From positions 143,918 to 207,917 of the forward strand of contig JACQAG010000022.1 of the NCBI GenBank assembly GCA_016195085.1: 64,000 bases of DNA, read 5' to 3'. The translations under genes were made by a program, and so were the position numbers. The notes beneath the pieces are model-generated. The model saw only the letters and a program-made list of their open reading frames with translations. It did no database searches and was not told the origin of the DNA. Position 1 is the stretch's first letter, and each line of letters starts with the position of its first letter. Below, one piece after another: positions 34,760-43,717 of this stretch. Origin of the DNA: Pseudomonadota bacterium. Lineage in GTDB: Bacteria; Pseudomonadota; Alphaproteobacteria; SHVZ01.

Positions 34760-35950
34760 ATGCCGACGAGGATCGAGGCGGTTGATCTGTTCTACGTCTC
34801 CATGCCGGTGGTCGAGGATATCAGCGATGGCAGCCAAGATGCGCTCTTAGTTCGCGTCGCCGCCGGCGGCAAAGTCGGCTGGGGCGAGTGCGAGGCCTCG
34901 CCGCTGACCTCGATCGCGAGCTGGGTTGCGCCGATGTCCCATGGTTTTTGCCATCCGCTCCGTGCTTCCGTACTGGGCGAGCGCCTCGACTCCATCGCCG
35001 ACATTCAGCGGATCAATGCGTTGGTTAAGCGGCGTTCCCTCGACATTCTGCAGACCGATCACACGCTTTCCGGCATCGATGAGGCCTTGTGGGACCTTCT
35101 CGGCAAGCGCCGGGGCGAGCCCGTATGGAAGCTGTTGGGTTACCGCAAGTCCTGGCCGAAGACGCCTTACGCCTCGCAACTCTTCGGCAATACCCCGCAG
35201 CAGACCTTGCGCAAGGCGCGCAAGGTGCGCAAGGCGGGATACAGGGCGACGAAGTTCGGTTGGGGGCGGTTCGGCACCGGGACAGTCAAGCAAGATGCCG
35301 ACCACCTCATGGCGGCGCGCGAGGGTCTTGGCCCCGACGGCATTCTCCTGGTCGATGCCGGCTGCGTATTCGCCGATGACGTCAAGGCAGCAGCGCGACG
35401 GCTGGCGGCTCTCAGCCGGGCGCGGGCCACCTGGTACGAGGAGCCGATGGATCGGCATGCCTTCGCCGAATACAAGGCCCTATCCAGGCTGGCGCGCGGC
35501 GGAGTCAAGCTCGCCGGCGGCGAGGGTGCCTACACCTTTCACATGGCGAAGCAGATGATCGACTTCGCCGGGATCGGCTTCGTGCAGATCGATGCCGGCC
35601 GCATCGGCGGCATTACCCCGGCAAAGGCGGTGGCTGACTATGCCAAGGCGAAAGGCGTCACCTTCGTCAACCACACCTTCACCTCGCATCTGCAGTTGAC
35701 CGCTTCGCTGCAGCCCTATGCAGGACTGCGCGAGCATGAGCTCTGCGAGTACCCGGTCGAGCTGAAGCCCGTCGCTTGGGCGATCACCAAAAATCATCTT
35801 CTCTTGGACAGGAACGGCCAGGTCGCGGCACCCGATGCGCCCGGCCTCGGCGTGGAGATCGATGTGCGCCGGCTCCGACCCTATCTCGTCGATGTGATGA
35901 TGAGCATCGGCGGCAAGCTGCTCTACAAGACGCCCCGGCTCAGGGCATGA
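34760..35950 (+). CDS. enolase-superfamily enzyme (mandelate racemase / muconate-lactonizing family, acid-sugar dehydratase-like)
   Basis: ATG 34760 is preceded by GGAGGG. GWGECEASP, SGIDEALWDLLGK, ILLVDAG, WYEEP, LAGGEG and GFVQIDAGRIGGIT follow the metal-ligand spacing of this superfamily. Confidence 0.8.
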   Translation: MPTRIEAVDLFYVSMPVVEDISDGSQDALLVRVAAGGKVGWGECEASPLTSIASWVAPMSHGFCHPLRASVLGERLDSIADIQRINALVKRRSLDILQTDHTLSGIDEALWDLLGKRRGEPVWKLLGYRKSWPKTPYASQLFGNTPQQTLRKARKVRKAGYRATKFGWGRFGTGTVKQDADHLMAAREGLGPDGILLVDAGCVFADDVKAAARRLAALSRARATWYEEPMDRHAFAEYKALSRLARGGVKLAGGEGAYTFHMAKQMIDFAGIGFVQIDAGRIGGITPAKAVADYAKAKGVTFVNHTFTSHLQLTASLQPYAGLREHELCEYPVELKPVAWAITKNHLLLDRNGQVAAPDAPGLGVEIDVRRLRPYLVDVMMSIGGKLLYKTPRLRA

Positions 35951-35974
35951 GCCGGGTCCGCCAGGGCAGGAGCG

Positions 35975-36679
35975 CTACAGGCCGAGCGCTGCTCGCAGTT
36001 CGGCCCTTGCCGCGGCAAATTCCGTCTGGAAGTCGCTCCGCGTCATGATCGTGGCGGCGATCACGCTGCCGGCGATCCGACCGGCCTCGATGTCGCTCGC
36101 GTAGTGGATGCCGCCGACTAGGCGGTTGTGTCCGTACTCCCAGGCCCGCGCCATGATCTCCGCCCGCTTCTCCGGCACCATGTTGGAGAGAACGATGCCC
36201 ATGAGCGTGCCGACGGTCGCATGGCCGGAAGGGTAGGAGCCTGACTTGCTGAGTGGCACCGTGGGCTTCACTAGATCGCTGTAGAGATGCGGGCGTGGCC
36301 GCTTCCAGACGTCCTTTGCGGGGTCGTTCACTGCGCCCTCCGTTGTGACCACGCGCTCGAAGAACCGGGCAAACTTTGGCAACGCATCTTTGGCGTATTG
36401 CGGACCCATGACGTCGGCAAAACGCCAAATCTCTTGAGCGACATCGGCCTTGGCGCGGGCTTCCATATCGCTGGTGCGGGTGACCTGTAGAATCAAGATC
36501 TCGCCGAGCTCGGCCTTAGTCTGGGCCGAGTCGTTGCGTGGCGGCGGCGGCAAGAGCACGAGAAGGTCTAGATCCTCGGCCGTGATGAACGGCCTTGCCC
36601 CCTCCGCATGCACAGAGGCGCCGGAGAGCAGCCGGGATGCCAGGAAAAGGATAGCAAAGAAGCTCGTGATCTTGCGCAT
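35975..36679 (-). CDS. class A non-specific acid phosphatase (PAP2 family), secreted
   Basis: Signal peptide MRKITSFFAILFLASRLLSGASVHA. PAP2 motifs KRPRP, PSGHAT and NRLVGGIHYASD. Confidence 0.8.
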   Translation of the reverse strand: MRKITSFFAILFLASRLLSGASVHAEGARPFITAEDLDLLVLLPPPPRNDSAQTKAELGEILILQVTRTSDMEARAKADVAQEIWRFADVMGPQYAKDALPKFARFFERVVTTEGAVNDPAKDVWKRPRPHLYSDLVKPTVPLSKSGSYPSGHATVGTLMGIVLSNMVPEKRAEIMARAWEYGHNRLVGGIHYASDIEAGRIAGSVIAATIMTRSDFQTEFAAARAELRAALGL

Positions 36680-36758
36680 GGCTCGCCTCCCTGGCCCGCA
36701 GATGTCGCAAATCTAGCCGCGAATGGTGACAGTTTAAACTACCGCGTTTCCGCGGCGT

Positions 36759-37496
36759 CTAGACGGCGACCACGCCCACGTCGGCCACCAGCATGTAGCC
36801 GGCACCGCGGATCGTCCGGATGAGCGCCGGCTTGCTGCGATCCCGCTCGATCTTGCCGCGAAGCCGGCCGACGAGCACGTCGACGGTGCGGTCGAACGGT
36901 GTGGAATCGCGGCCGCGAACCAGGTCCAGGAGCTGATCGCGATCGAGCACCCGGTTGGCATGGTTGAGGAAGGCCAGCAGCAGCGTGAATTCCGAGGCGG
37001 TCAGCGTCGTGTCCGTGCCGTCGGCGTCCACCAGACATCGCCGATCCTGGTCGAGCGTCCATTCGGCGAACTTCGTGAGCCGCGCAGGTTGCGATCTGCC
37101 GGCGATAGGCATGGGAGCCAGCCGGCGCAGAACGCTGCGGACACGCGCCAAGAGCGCGCGCAACGGCACGGGCTTGGTCAAGTAGTCGTCGGCCCCAGTC
37201 TCCAATGCCGCTACTTGGTCGATCGACTCGACCTGGCCGGAGAGAATGATGATGCCGATGTCGTAAGTGGCGCGAATATGCCGGGTGAGGTCCAAGCCGT
37301 CTTCACCCGGCATCAGCAGATCGACGATGGCCAGTTGATAGGCCTTGCGTTCCAGCAGCTCCCGCGCGCGGGCGGCGTTGATCGCCCGGTCTACGTCGAA
37401 GCCGTGCTGGCTGAGATAGGTCTGGACCAGCTTGGCGATCTCCGGATCGTCGTCGACGACGAGCAATTGGGCGTGGGCTTGAGCCGCAGTGGTCAT
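36759..37496 (-). CDS. response regulator, OmpR/PhoB family
   Basis: The receiver has LLVVDDDPEI, acceptor LAIVDLLMPGEDG and DYLTKPV. The winged-helix output has EFTLLLAFLNHANRVLDRDQLL...RTVDVLVGRLRGKIE...IRTIRGAGY. Confidence 0.85.
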   Translation of the reverse strand: MTTAAQAHAQLLVVDDDPEIAKLVQTYLSQHGFDVDRAINAARARELLERKAYQLAIVDLLMPGEDGLDLTRHIRATYDIGIIILSGQVESIDQVAALETGADDYLTKPVPLRALLARVRSVLRRLAPMPIAGRSQPARLTKFAEWTLDQDRRCLVDADGTDTTLTASEFTLLLAFLNHANRVLDRDQLLDLVRGRDSTPFDRTVDVLVGRLRGKIERDRSKPALIRTIRGAGYMLVADVGVVAV

Positions 37497-37776
37497 CGGC
37501 AAGGCTCGCCCCGAGGCGCCTTTCGGCACAAAGGATCGTAAGGGGCATAGTGATCATCCCGGCCATGCCGTCGGTGGGCGCGCATCGTCTCAGCTCCGCG
37601 GGTTGGCCACTCGAATGCGACTATTATGCAATCGGAACGTGCAAAGTACATACCGATCGAGCATATCTTGCTCACAGAGAGCATATTATCGCAGAATATC
37701 ATAGGTTGCAGTCGCGCCGGCGCGGTCAGCGCCGCGACGGGCATCGGGCGGGACCAGGAGCCCAGGCGTTGTGGCG

Positions 37777-37984
37777 GTGAAAGGCGAGGGAACGCAGTTT
37801 GAGGCAGTGGCCGACACGGCCGTCGATGGCGTGATCCTGATCGATGCACTGGGCGCGGTGTCGATATTCAATCCGGCTTGCGAGCGGACCCCTCGAGGCG
37901 GGCATGGCGGTGCTGATTGAGCCATGCCAGACCGTCGATCTCGCCCGGCGGCTCGGCGAGACATCGGACGGCCAGCCGAGCTAA
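37777..37984 (+). pseudogene. remnant of a PAS-containing signalling gene (PAS head joined out of frame to a short C-terminal tail)
   Basis: The frame from GTG 37777 reads KGEGTQFEAVADTAVDGVILIDALGAVSIFNPACER, the canonical first strands of a PAS domain, then degenerates to a stop at 37918-37920. From 37892 the +1 frame reads [30 protein letters not shown] to 37984, which resembles the end of a receiver domain. The whole piece is about 200 nt where such genes are normally over 1.5 kb. Confidence 0.45.
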
Positions 37985-40900
37985 CAGACTTCGCTGCCCG
38001 GGCTGCCATCGGCCGGCGCAGCCGGGCCGGGGGAGTCGAGCACGGAGCGGACCTTGTCGACGAGCTGATGCTTGCTGAACGGCTTATGCAGCAGCACGAC
38101 ACCCGGGTCGAGCCGGCCTTCGTGGATCATGGCTTCCCTGGTATAGCCCGACATGAACATCACCTTTAGATCCGGGCGCAACGCGTACGCTTGCGCCGCA
38201 AGCTCCGTTCCGCTCTCGCGCCCCGGCAGGACGACATCGCTCAGCAGCAGATCGATGTCATGGCCGGCGCCGAGAATCTTCAACGCCTCGGCGGCGCTGC
38301 CGGCGTCCAACGTCCGGTAGCCGAGCTCCTGCAGAAAGGCCAAGGTCAGCGCGCGAACATCCGGATCGTCCTCGACGACTAGGATCGTCTCGGATGCGCG
38401 GCTCGGAAGACCGGGAGCCGGCTCGATGACGGCCGATGCGGCGGCATCCGTGCGGCTTCTCGGGAGGAGAATGCTCACCGTGGTGCCCAGTCCAACCTCG
38501 CTATAGATCGATAGGTGACCGCCGGATTGGTTGGCGTATCCGTAGATCATGCTGAGGCCGAGCCCGGTCCCCTTGCCCGGTTCCTTCGTCGTGAAGAACG
38601 GCTCGAAGACGCGTTCCAGGACCTCGGGCGGCATCCCGATGCCGCAGTCGGTCATCGACACCCGCGCATAGTCGCCGACAGCGAGTCCCGGGCGTTGCGC
38701 CGCGTAGGTCGCATCGACGATGGAATTTTCCGTCTCGATGTGAAGCCAGCCGCCTCCCGGCATGGCGTCGCGCGCATTGATGGCGAGATTGAGGATCGCG
38801 TTGTCGAATTGGCTGGGGTCCGTCACCACGGGCCACAGGCCAGCCTCGTGAGAATGCCGAATGTCGATCGACTCGCCGAGCGCGCGCCTCAGCAGCGGCA
38901 CCAAGCCGGAAATCCGCTGCTTGAGATCGACCGCAGTCGGCATCAGCGGCTGCTGACGGGAGAACGAAAGCAGGCGTTGAATCAGATCGGCCCCGCGCAT
39001 GCCAGCGGCGATTGCGGCATCGAGCTGGCCCACCGCCGTCGCATCATTTGCGCAGCGATCCCTGGCAAGCTCGAGGTTGCCCAGAACGATCTGGAGCAGG
39101 TTATTGAAGTCGTGGGCAATACCGCCCGTCAGCCGGCCGACGGCTTCCATCTTTTGCGACTGTTGAAACCTGGATTGCAGCTCCTGGCGTTCGCGTTCGG
39201 CCACGCGGCGTTCGGTAATGTCCGAGGCGGCAGCCAGCACACCCGTCTTGCCGGCGTAGTCCATGGGGATGCCTATGATTTCCACCACGCGCGTCGATCC
39301 GTCCAATCTGAGGATGGTCCGTTCGATGGGCAGGAGCGTGTCGGGCACGCGGTTCTGCAAAGCGCGTTCGACATTGTTCGACACGTCCTCGCGCTCGTCG
39401 GGATGCACGAGGTCGAGCGCGTGCATGCCAATGAGCCGGTTCGTGCTCTCCGCCCCGAACAAGCGCGCTGCGGCGGGATTGGCAAACACGATACGGCCAT
39501 CGACATGCACGACGATGGCAGTGGGCAGCACGTCGACAACGCGCCGGTAGCGCTCCTCGCTCTGCCGAAGCGCCTCATCCGCCTGCTTGCGCTGGGTTAT
39601 ATCCATGCGCAAGCCGGCGATGCCGCCGTTCCGCATCCTTCGGTCGGTGATCAGCAGCCATCGCCCATTGGCGAGCTGCTGCTCCACGTCGGTACCGGGA
39701 TGCTGGTGCTGGTAGAGCCGCTGCTGGATCCATTCCTCCTCGCGGCCGAACGCTTCGACGTATTCGCCTGCCGCAACACCGCGTCGGATGATCTCCTCGA
39801 ACGTCGTACCCGGCGGACTGTGCTTGACGCTCCGCTCGTAGATTGCAGCGTATTTCGCGTTGCTCGTAACCAGACGGTCGTCGGCGTCGTAGATGACGAA
39901 ACCTTCAGAGATGCTCTCGACCGCATCGCGCAGATAGGCCTCTGCCTCGGTGCGCTTGCGCTCGGCCTCGATGATTGCGGTCACGTCGGTTGCCACGCCG
40001 CGATAGCCGCGAAACGTACCGCTCTCGACCGCGAAGATCGGCCGGCCGCTGACGCTGAAGCGATGAATTCTGGAGTCGGCGCCGACCAGATCCAGCCGGA
40101 AGTCGTCGAACGGGGCATGGCGCGCGAGCTCGCGTGGCCGGTTGCGCGGCTCCCCTTCCGGACCCGGAAGCTCCCAGAGGGCCTTCCGGATCAAGCCCGC
40201 GGCATCGCCTGACGCTTTCCCGGTCGGATTGCCGGAGAGATAGGTCAGCCGGTGCTCGGAATCGGATTCCCAAATCCAATCGCTCGCCAGCTCCGCGATA
40301 TCGCGAAAGCGCTGCCGGCTTCGGTCGAGCGCGCGCTCCGCTGCTCGGCGTTCGGTGGTGTCGATCGCAACCGCATCCCAGACGATCCGGCCATCTTCTT
40401 CGCGCCGTGCCCGCGAGTAGCTGCTGATCCAACGCACCTCGCCGCTTGGCAGCACCAGCCGCAGCTCATAGGACATCGCCTGCAGGTCTTTGATGGAGCG
40501 TGCCAGCGCGGCGTTCCAGGGTTCCAGATCTTCGGGATGCAGCCATCGCCTGAGGTCGATGCCGCCCTTGCTCGCCTGGTCGGAATCGACTCCCAGCGCC
40601 GTCAGGAAATTGCCGCCGACGAAGGGGTACTCGACCCTGCCGTCAGGATGCAGAACGCGTCGATAGACCAGCCCCGGAAGGTTTACGGCGAAGCCGCGAA
40701 GCTGCTCGTTGCTGCGAGCCAGTCCGGCTGCCGCGGCCGCCTCGCGCCGCCGCGAGGCCGAGGCGGACAGCTCGCGCTCGATCGCGGGGACGAGGCGCGC
40801 GAGATTGTCTTTGAGGATGAGATCGTGAGCGCCGAGGCGCATCACCTCGATCGCCCGTTCCTCGCCGATGACCCCGGAGACAACGATGAAAGGTATATCG

Positions 40901-41130
40901 AGCCGGGCTTGGCGCAGCAGCGCCAGCGCCGAGGCGATGTCGAAGCGTGGCAGCTGGTGGTCGCATAGGACGATGTCCCAGGGACCGCGCTGCAGCGCTG
41001 CGGTCATAGCCTCCGCCGTATCGATGCGCTCCAGCTCAGGCTCGAAGCCGCCGCGGGTGAGCGCATACGCCAGCAGCCGGGCGTCATCGGCGGAATCGTC
41101 GACGATCAAGGTCCGCAAAGTTCTACTCAT
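37981..41130 (-). CDS. hybrid sensor histidine kinase: REC - multiple PAS - HisKA - HATPase - REC
   Basis: The N-terminal receiver has [18 protein letters not shown] and LILKD. Several PAS/PAC repeats follow. H-box is [12 protein letters not shown], with ATPase boxes and a C-terminal receiver ([26 protein letters not shown]). The start overlaps the upstream kinase stop by 8 nt. Confidence 0.9.
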   Translation of the reverse strand: MSRTLRTLIVDDSADDARLLAYALTRGGFEPELERIDTAEAMTAALQRGPWDIVLCDHQLPRFDIASALALLRQARLDIPFIVVSGVIGEERAIEVMRLGAHDLILKDNLARLVPAIERELSASASRRREAAAAAGLARSNEQLRGFAVNLPGLVYRRVLHPDGRVEYPFVGGNFLTALGVDSDQASKGGIDLRRWLHPEDLEPWNAALARSIKDLQAMSYELRLVLPSGEVRWISSYSRARREEDGRIVWDAVAIDTTERRAAERALDRSRQRFRDIAELASDWIWESDSEHRLTYLSGNPTGKASGDAAGLIRKALWELPGPEGEPRNRPRELARHAPFDDFRLDLVGADSRIHRFSVSGRPIFAVESGTFRGYRGVATDVTAIIEAERKRTEAEAYLRDAVESISEGFVIYDADDRLVTSNAKYAAIYERSVKHSPPGTTFEEIIRRGVAAGEYVEAFGREEEWIQQRLYQHQHPGTDVEQQLANGRWLLITDRRMRNGGIAGLRMDITQRKQADEALRQSEERYRRVVDVLPTAIVVHVDGRIVFANPAAARLFGAESTNRLIGMHALDLVHPDEREDVSNNVERALQNRVPDTLLPIERTILRLDGSTRVVEIIGIPMDYAGKTGVLAAASDITERRVAERERQELQSRFQQSQKMEAVGRLTGGIAHDFNNLLQIVLGNLELARDRCANDATAVGQLDAAIAAGMRGADLIQRLLSFSRQQPLMPTAVDLKQRISGLVPLLRRALGESIDIRHSHEAGLWPVVTDPSQFDNAILNLAINARDAMPGGGWLHIETENSIVDATYAAQRPGLAVGDYARVSMTDCGIGMPPEVLERVFEPFFTTKEPGKGTGLGLSMIYGYANQSGGHLSIYSEVGLGTTVSILLPRSRTDAAASAVIEPAPGLPSRASETILVVEDDPDVRALTLAFLQELGYRTLDAGSAAEALKILGAGHDIDLLLSDVVLPGRESGTELAAQAYALRPDLKVMFMSGYTREAMIHEGRLDPGVVLLHKPFSKHQLVDKVRSVLDSPGPAAPADGSPGSEVC

Positions 41131-41992
41131 TGCCGGATCCGAGCGCGGCAGCGACGCCGGCGGCATCATCTCGAGATCCAGGTGTCAGCGAGAAGAAGAC
41201 GGTGGTTTCCCGGTCGATGACCGAGTTTGCCCACGCGCGTCCCCCGAGCTTACGAAGACTGCGCGCAACCATGGCGAGCCCGATGCCATTGCCCTCGAAC
41301 TCGTCGGCGCTATGCAGCCGTTGGAACGGCTTGAACAGCTTGCCGACGTAGCTCATGTCGAAGCCGGCACCATTGTCGCGCACATGGTAGATCGTCCGAT
41401 TCCCCTCGCGAACGAATCCGAACTCGATGGTCGCCTTTTCCTTCTTGCTGGTGAATTTCCAAGCGTTGCTAAGCAGATGCTCGAGGACGATACGGATGAG
41501 GCGCGGCTCGCTCGGCTCGATCGCTCCGGGCTGGATCGAAAGATCCACGTGGCGTTCGGGGACCTGCTGCCGCAGCCCGTCGATGATTTCTTGCGCCACC
41601 GCCGAAAGATCGACGGAGCGCGTTTCCATGCGTCCGCGACCGAGGCGGTTGAGCATGACCATGTCGTCGATGAGGCGCGTCATCCGAATGCCGTTGGCGC
41701 GAATGGCGTCGAGCAGCGCGTGTGCGCCAGCATCGAGCTTGGCGCCATGCTCGTCGATCAGGATCTCGGCGAACCCGGTCATCGATCTAAGGGGCGCCCG
41801 CAGGTCATGCGACAGCGCGAAGGTGAAGGCTTCGAGGTCGGCGGCGGCCTCGCCGCTCGCTCTATTGCGCTCCTCGATGTCGGCGTCTCGCTGCTGCGGT
41901 TCTGCTCCCTCGGCGCCCCGCAGGCCGGTTGCGCACCTGCCGCCGGCGACGCGCGCAATCCGCCTCAGCAGACGGGTCATGAGCCCAGGCAT
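41123..41992 (-). CDS. sensor-less histidine kinase (HisKA + HATPase only)
   Basis: 289 aa, with only ~55 residues before the H-box FTFALSHDLRAPLRSM. N box LLSNAWKF, G boxes DNGAGFD and GNGIGLAM. No TM segment or sensor domain. Confidence 0.8.
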   Translation of the reverse strand: MPGLMTRLLRRIARVAGGRCATGLRGAEGAEPQQRDADIEERNRASGEAAADLEAFTFALSHDLRAPLRSMTGFAEILIDEHGAKLDAGAHALLDAIRANGIRMTRLIDDMVMLNRLGRGRMETRSVDLSAVAQEIIDGLRQQVPERHVDLSIQPGAIEPSEPRLIRIVLEHLLSNAWKFTSKKEKATIEFGFVREGNRTIYHVRDNGAGFDMSYVGKLFKPFQRLHSADEFEGNGIGLAMVARSLRKLGGRAWANSVIDRETTVFFSLTPGSRDDAAGVAAALGSGNE

Positions 41993-42179
41993 GTCATCGC
42001 TCGCATGAGGTTCGGCGATCAGCGCCCTATGGCATTAAACGGCGGCGTGGCGCGATCCGTCCAGCGTGGGATTTGGGGGGCGCGGGCGGCCATCCCGTAA
42101 AGATCCGCCAAGCCGAAGGGCTCGAGGTCTCGGAGGGCGTCGGCCAAGTCTGCGATCGGCTTCTTTTTGAACCCCCGGA

Positions 42180-42464
42180 TCATCCCCGGGAAAGGTTAAC
42201 CGTTGATGAGTTGGACCCGGATTCTGGGGCCGGCTGGCTCCCCGGTTGGCCGGCTACATCGCGGATCGCCTCGAGTAGCGCCGTGCGGGTGAAGGGCTTC
42301 GCCAGGGTACGGTTGGCGCCGAATTTCACGGCAAGAGACAGAAAATCCATATTGCCGACGCGCCCGTCGCTCGCGCACGCAACGAGATAGCCCGCGTCGG
42401 ACAATATCCGGTTCATGACCTCGCGGATGGCGGAGTCGTCATCGATAACGAGAACCCGTGTCAT
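42180..42464 (-). CDS. degenerate receiver-domain protein with an internal in-frame deletion (possibly non-functional)
   Basis: The product is MTRVLVIDDDSAIREVMNRILSDAGYLVACASDGRVG|NMDFLSLAVKFGANRTLAKPFTRTALLEAI. Beta1/alpha1/beta2 joins directly to the alpha4/beta5 region. The ~55 residues that normally carry the phospho-acceptor Asp and the conserved Thr are missing. Confidence 0.55.
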   Translation of the reverse strand: MTRVLVIDDDSAIREVMNRILSDAGYLVACASDGRVGNMDFLSLAVKFGANRTLAKPFTRTALLEAIRDVAGQPGSQPAPESGSNSSTVNLSRG

Positions 42465-43228
42465 TCGTCTACTCCCCAGAAGGCGGCAGGCGCGTCGCCA
42501 CCAATGCGCGACGCTCCGAGGCGCTGCCGTGCATGGGACAGCGCCAACGGATCGGTGACGCTCCCTTGATCGCAGACCTTCGCAACGCGGCAATGTCGGT
42601 TGCGTAATTATCTTGTAACAATTGCAGGTTTGGCAGTGTTCGTGCCGCTCGGGCCGAGCCGATGACCGGCTCGAAGGAGCGGCCCGGGCCAGGCCATTTG
42701 TAGGCCGCGATCACCGTCGAGACGCCGAGAAGGTGAACGGCCCGCGTGTAGGCGCCGCAGTCGACGCTGAGCATCGGAGCGGCACATGGATGGAATGCCG
42801 TGCCGGGTCTCGCAGACCCGCTTGGGCGTTGCCGCTCGAGACGCGCTCGGGCAACGGGCGATTCGCAATTCGCGCGGCCGGAAAGCCGATGGGTGACGGC
42901 CGGTCGGTTGTCCATCGCCCCGCTGGCGCGTCCCCTTCGATTCGTGGACATCGCGCCGTTGATCGGGTCATCGCCCGCACCATCGCCTCGATTCCGCGCG
43001 GCTATTAGAGGTCTTTTCCGGCGCGGCGGGAGACCGTGGCCCGCCATCGACAAGGACGATGCCCGATGCGTTGCCGACGTTCTGTCGATTCGCGGCCGGG
43101 CGACCCGGAGTTCCGACGGCCTAGCTTGCGAGCGGGCTTGAGTTTTCGCCGGACAGCGCATATCAAGCAAAGACCGGACTTTGCGCCGGGCGCCACATGG
43201 GGGAGCAGCGTCGCTGTCGGACTTGGGC

Positions 43229-43717
43229 ATGATCCGCGGTGCCAGGATTGGCGACATTGATGACCTGTTGGATCTCGAGGCCCAGTGCTTTTCGAGCGAT
43301 CGACTGACCCGCAGAAGCTTCCGCCATCTACTCCGCGAGGGACACTCGACGACCTTCGTGGCCGTCTCTAGGCGCGTGATCCAAGGCTACGCGATGCTGC
43401 TGTTCCGCAAAGGCACGAAGGTCGGTCGGCTTTACTCGATCGCTGTCGATCCTCGCCACCGCGGACAGGGCGTCGCCCGTCGGCTAATGCATCTCGTCGA
43501 ACGCGAGGCCCGCGCCCGCGATTGTCGTCGGCTCGTCCTCGAGGTCCGGCCCGGCAATCGTCCCGCGCGCCGCTTCTACGATGAGTTCGGATTCCGCCAT
43601 TTCGCGCGCAAGCGCGGTTTCTACGAGGACGGCGTCCACGCGTTGCGCCTCGACAAGCAATTGGCACCTGGCCGCGCTCGCAAGCGCGGCCGACTGCGAC
43701 GGAGGCGATCACCTTGA
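43229..43717 (+). CDS. GNAT-family N-acetyltransferase (RimI-like size)
   Basis: 162 aa starting at MIRGARIGD. The acetyl-CoA pocket is IAVDPRHRGQGVARRLM, followed by ARRFYDEFGF. Its stop overlaps the TTG start of the next gene. Confidence 0.8.
   Translation: MIRGARIGDIDDLLDLEAQCFSSDRLTRRSFRHLLREGHSTTFVAVSRRVIQGYAMLLFRKGTKVGRLYSIAVDPRHRGQGVARRLMHLVEREARARDCRRLVLEVRPGNRPARRFYDEFGFRHFARKRGFYEDGVHALRLDKQLAPGRARKRGRLRRRRSP

Noticed and set aside
42469-43257. 262-aa reverse-strand ORF spanning the gene-free stretch
   Set aside because: It overlaps the receiver gene start in another frame. It has no motif and is rich in Arg/Ala/Pro/Ser. The interval is kept only as an unexplained region (see findings).
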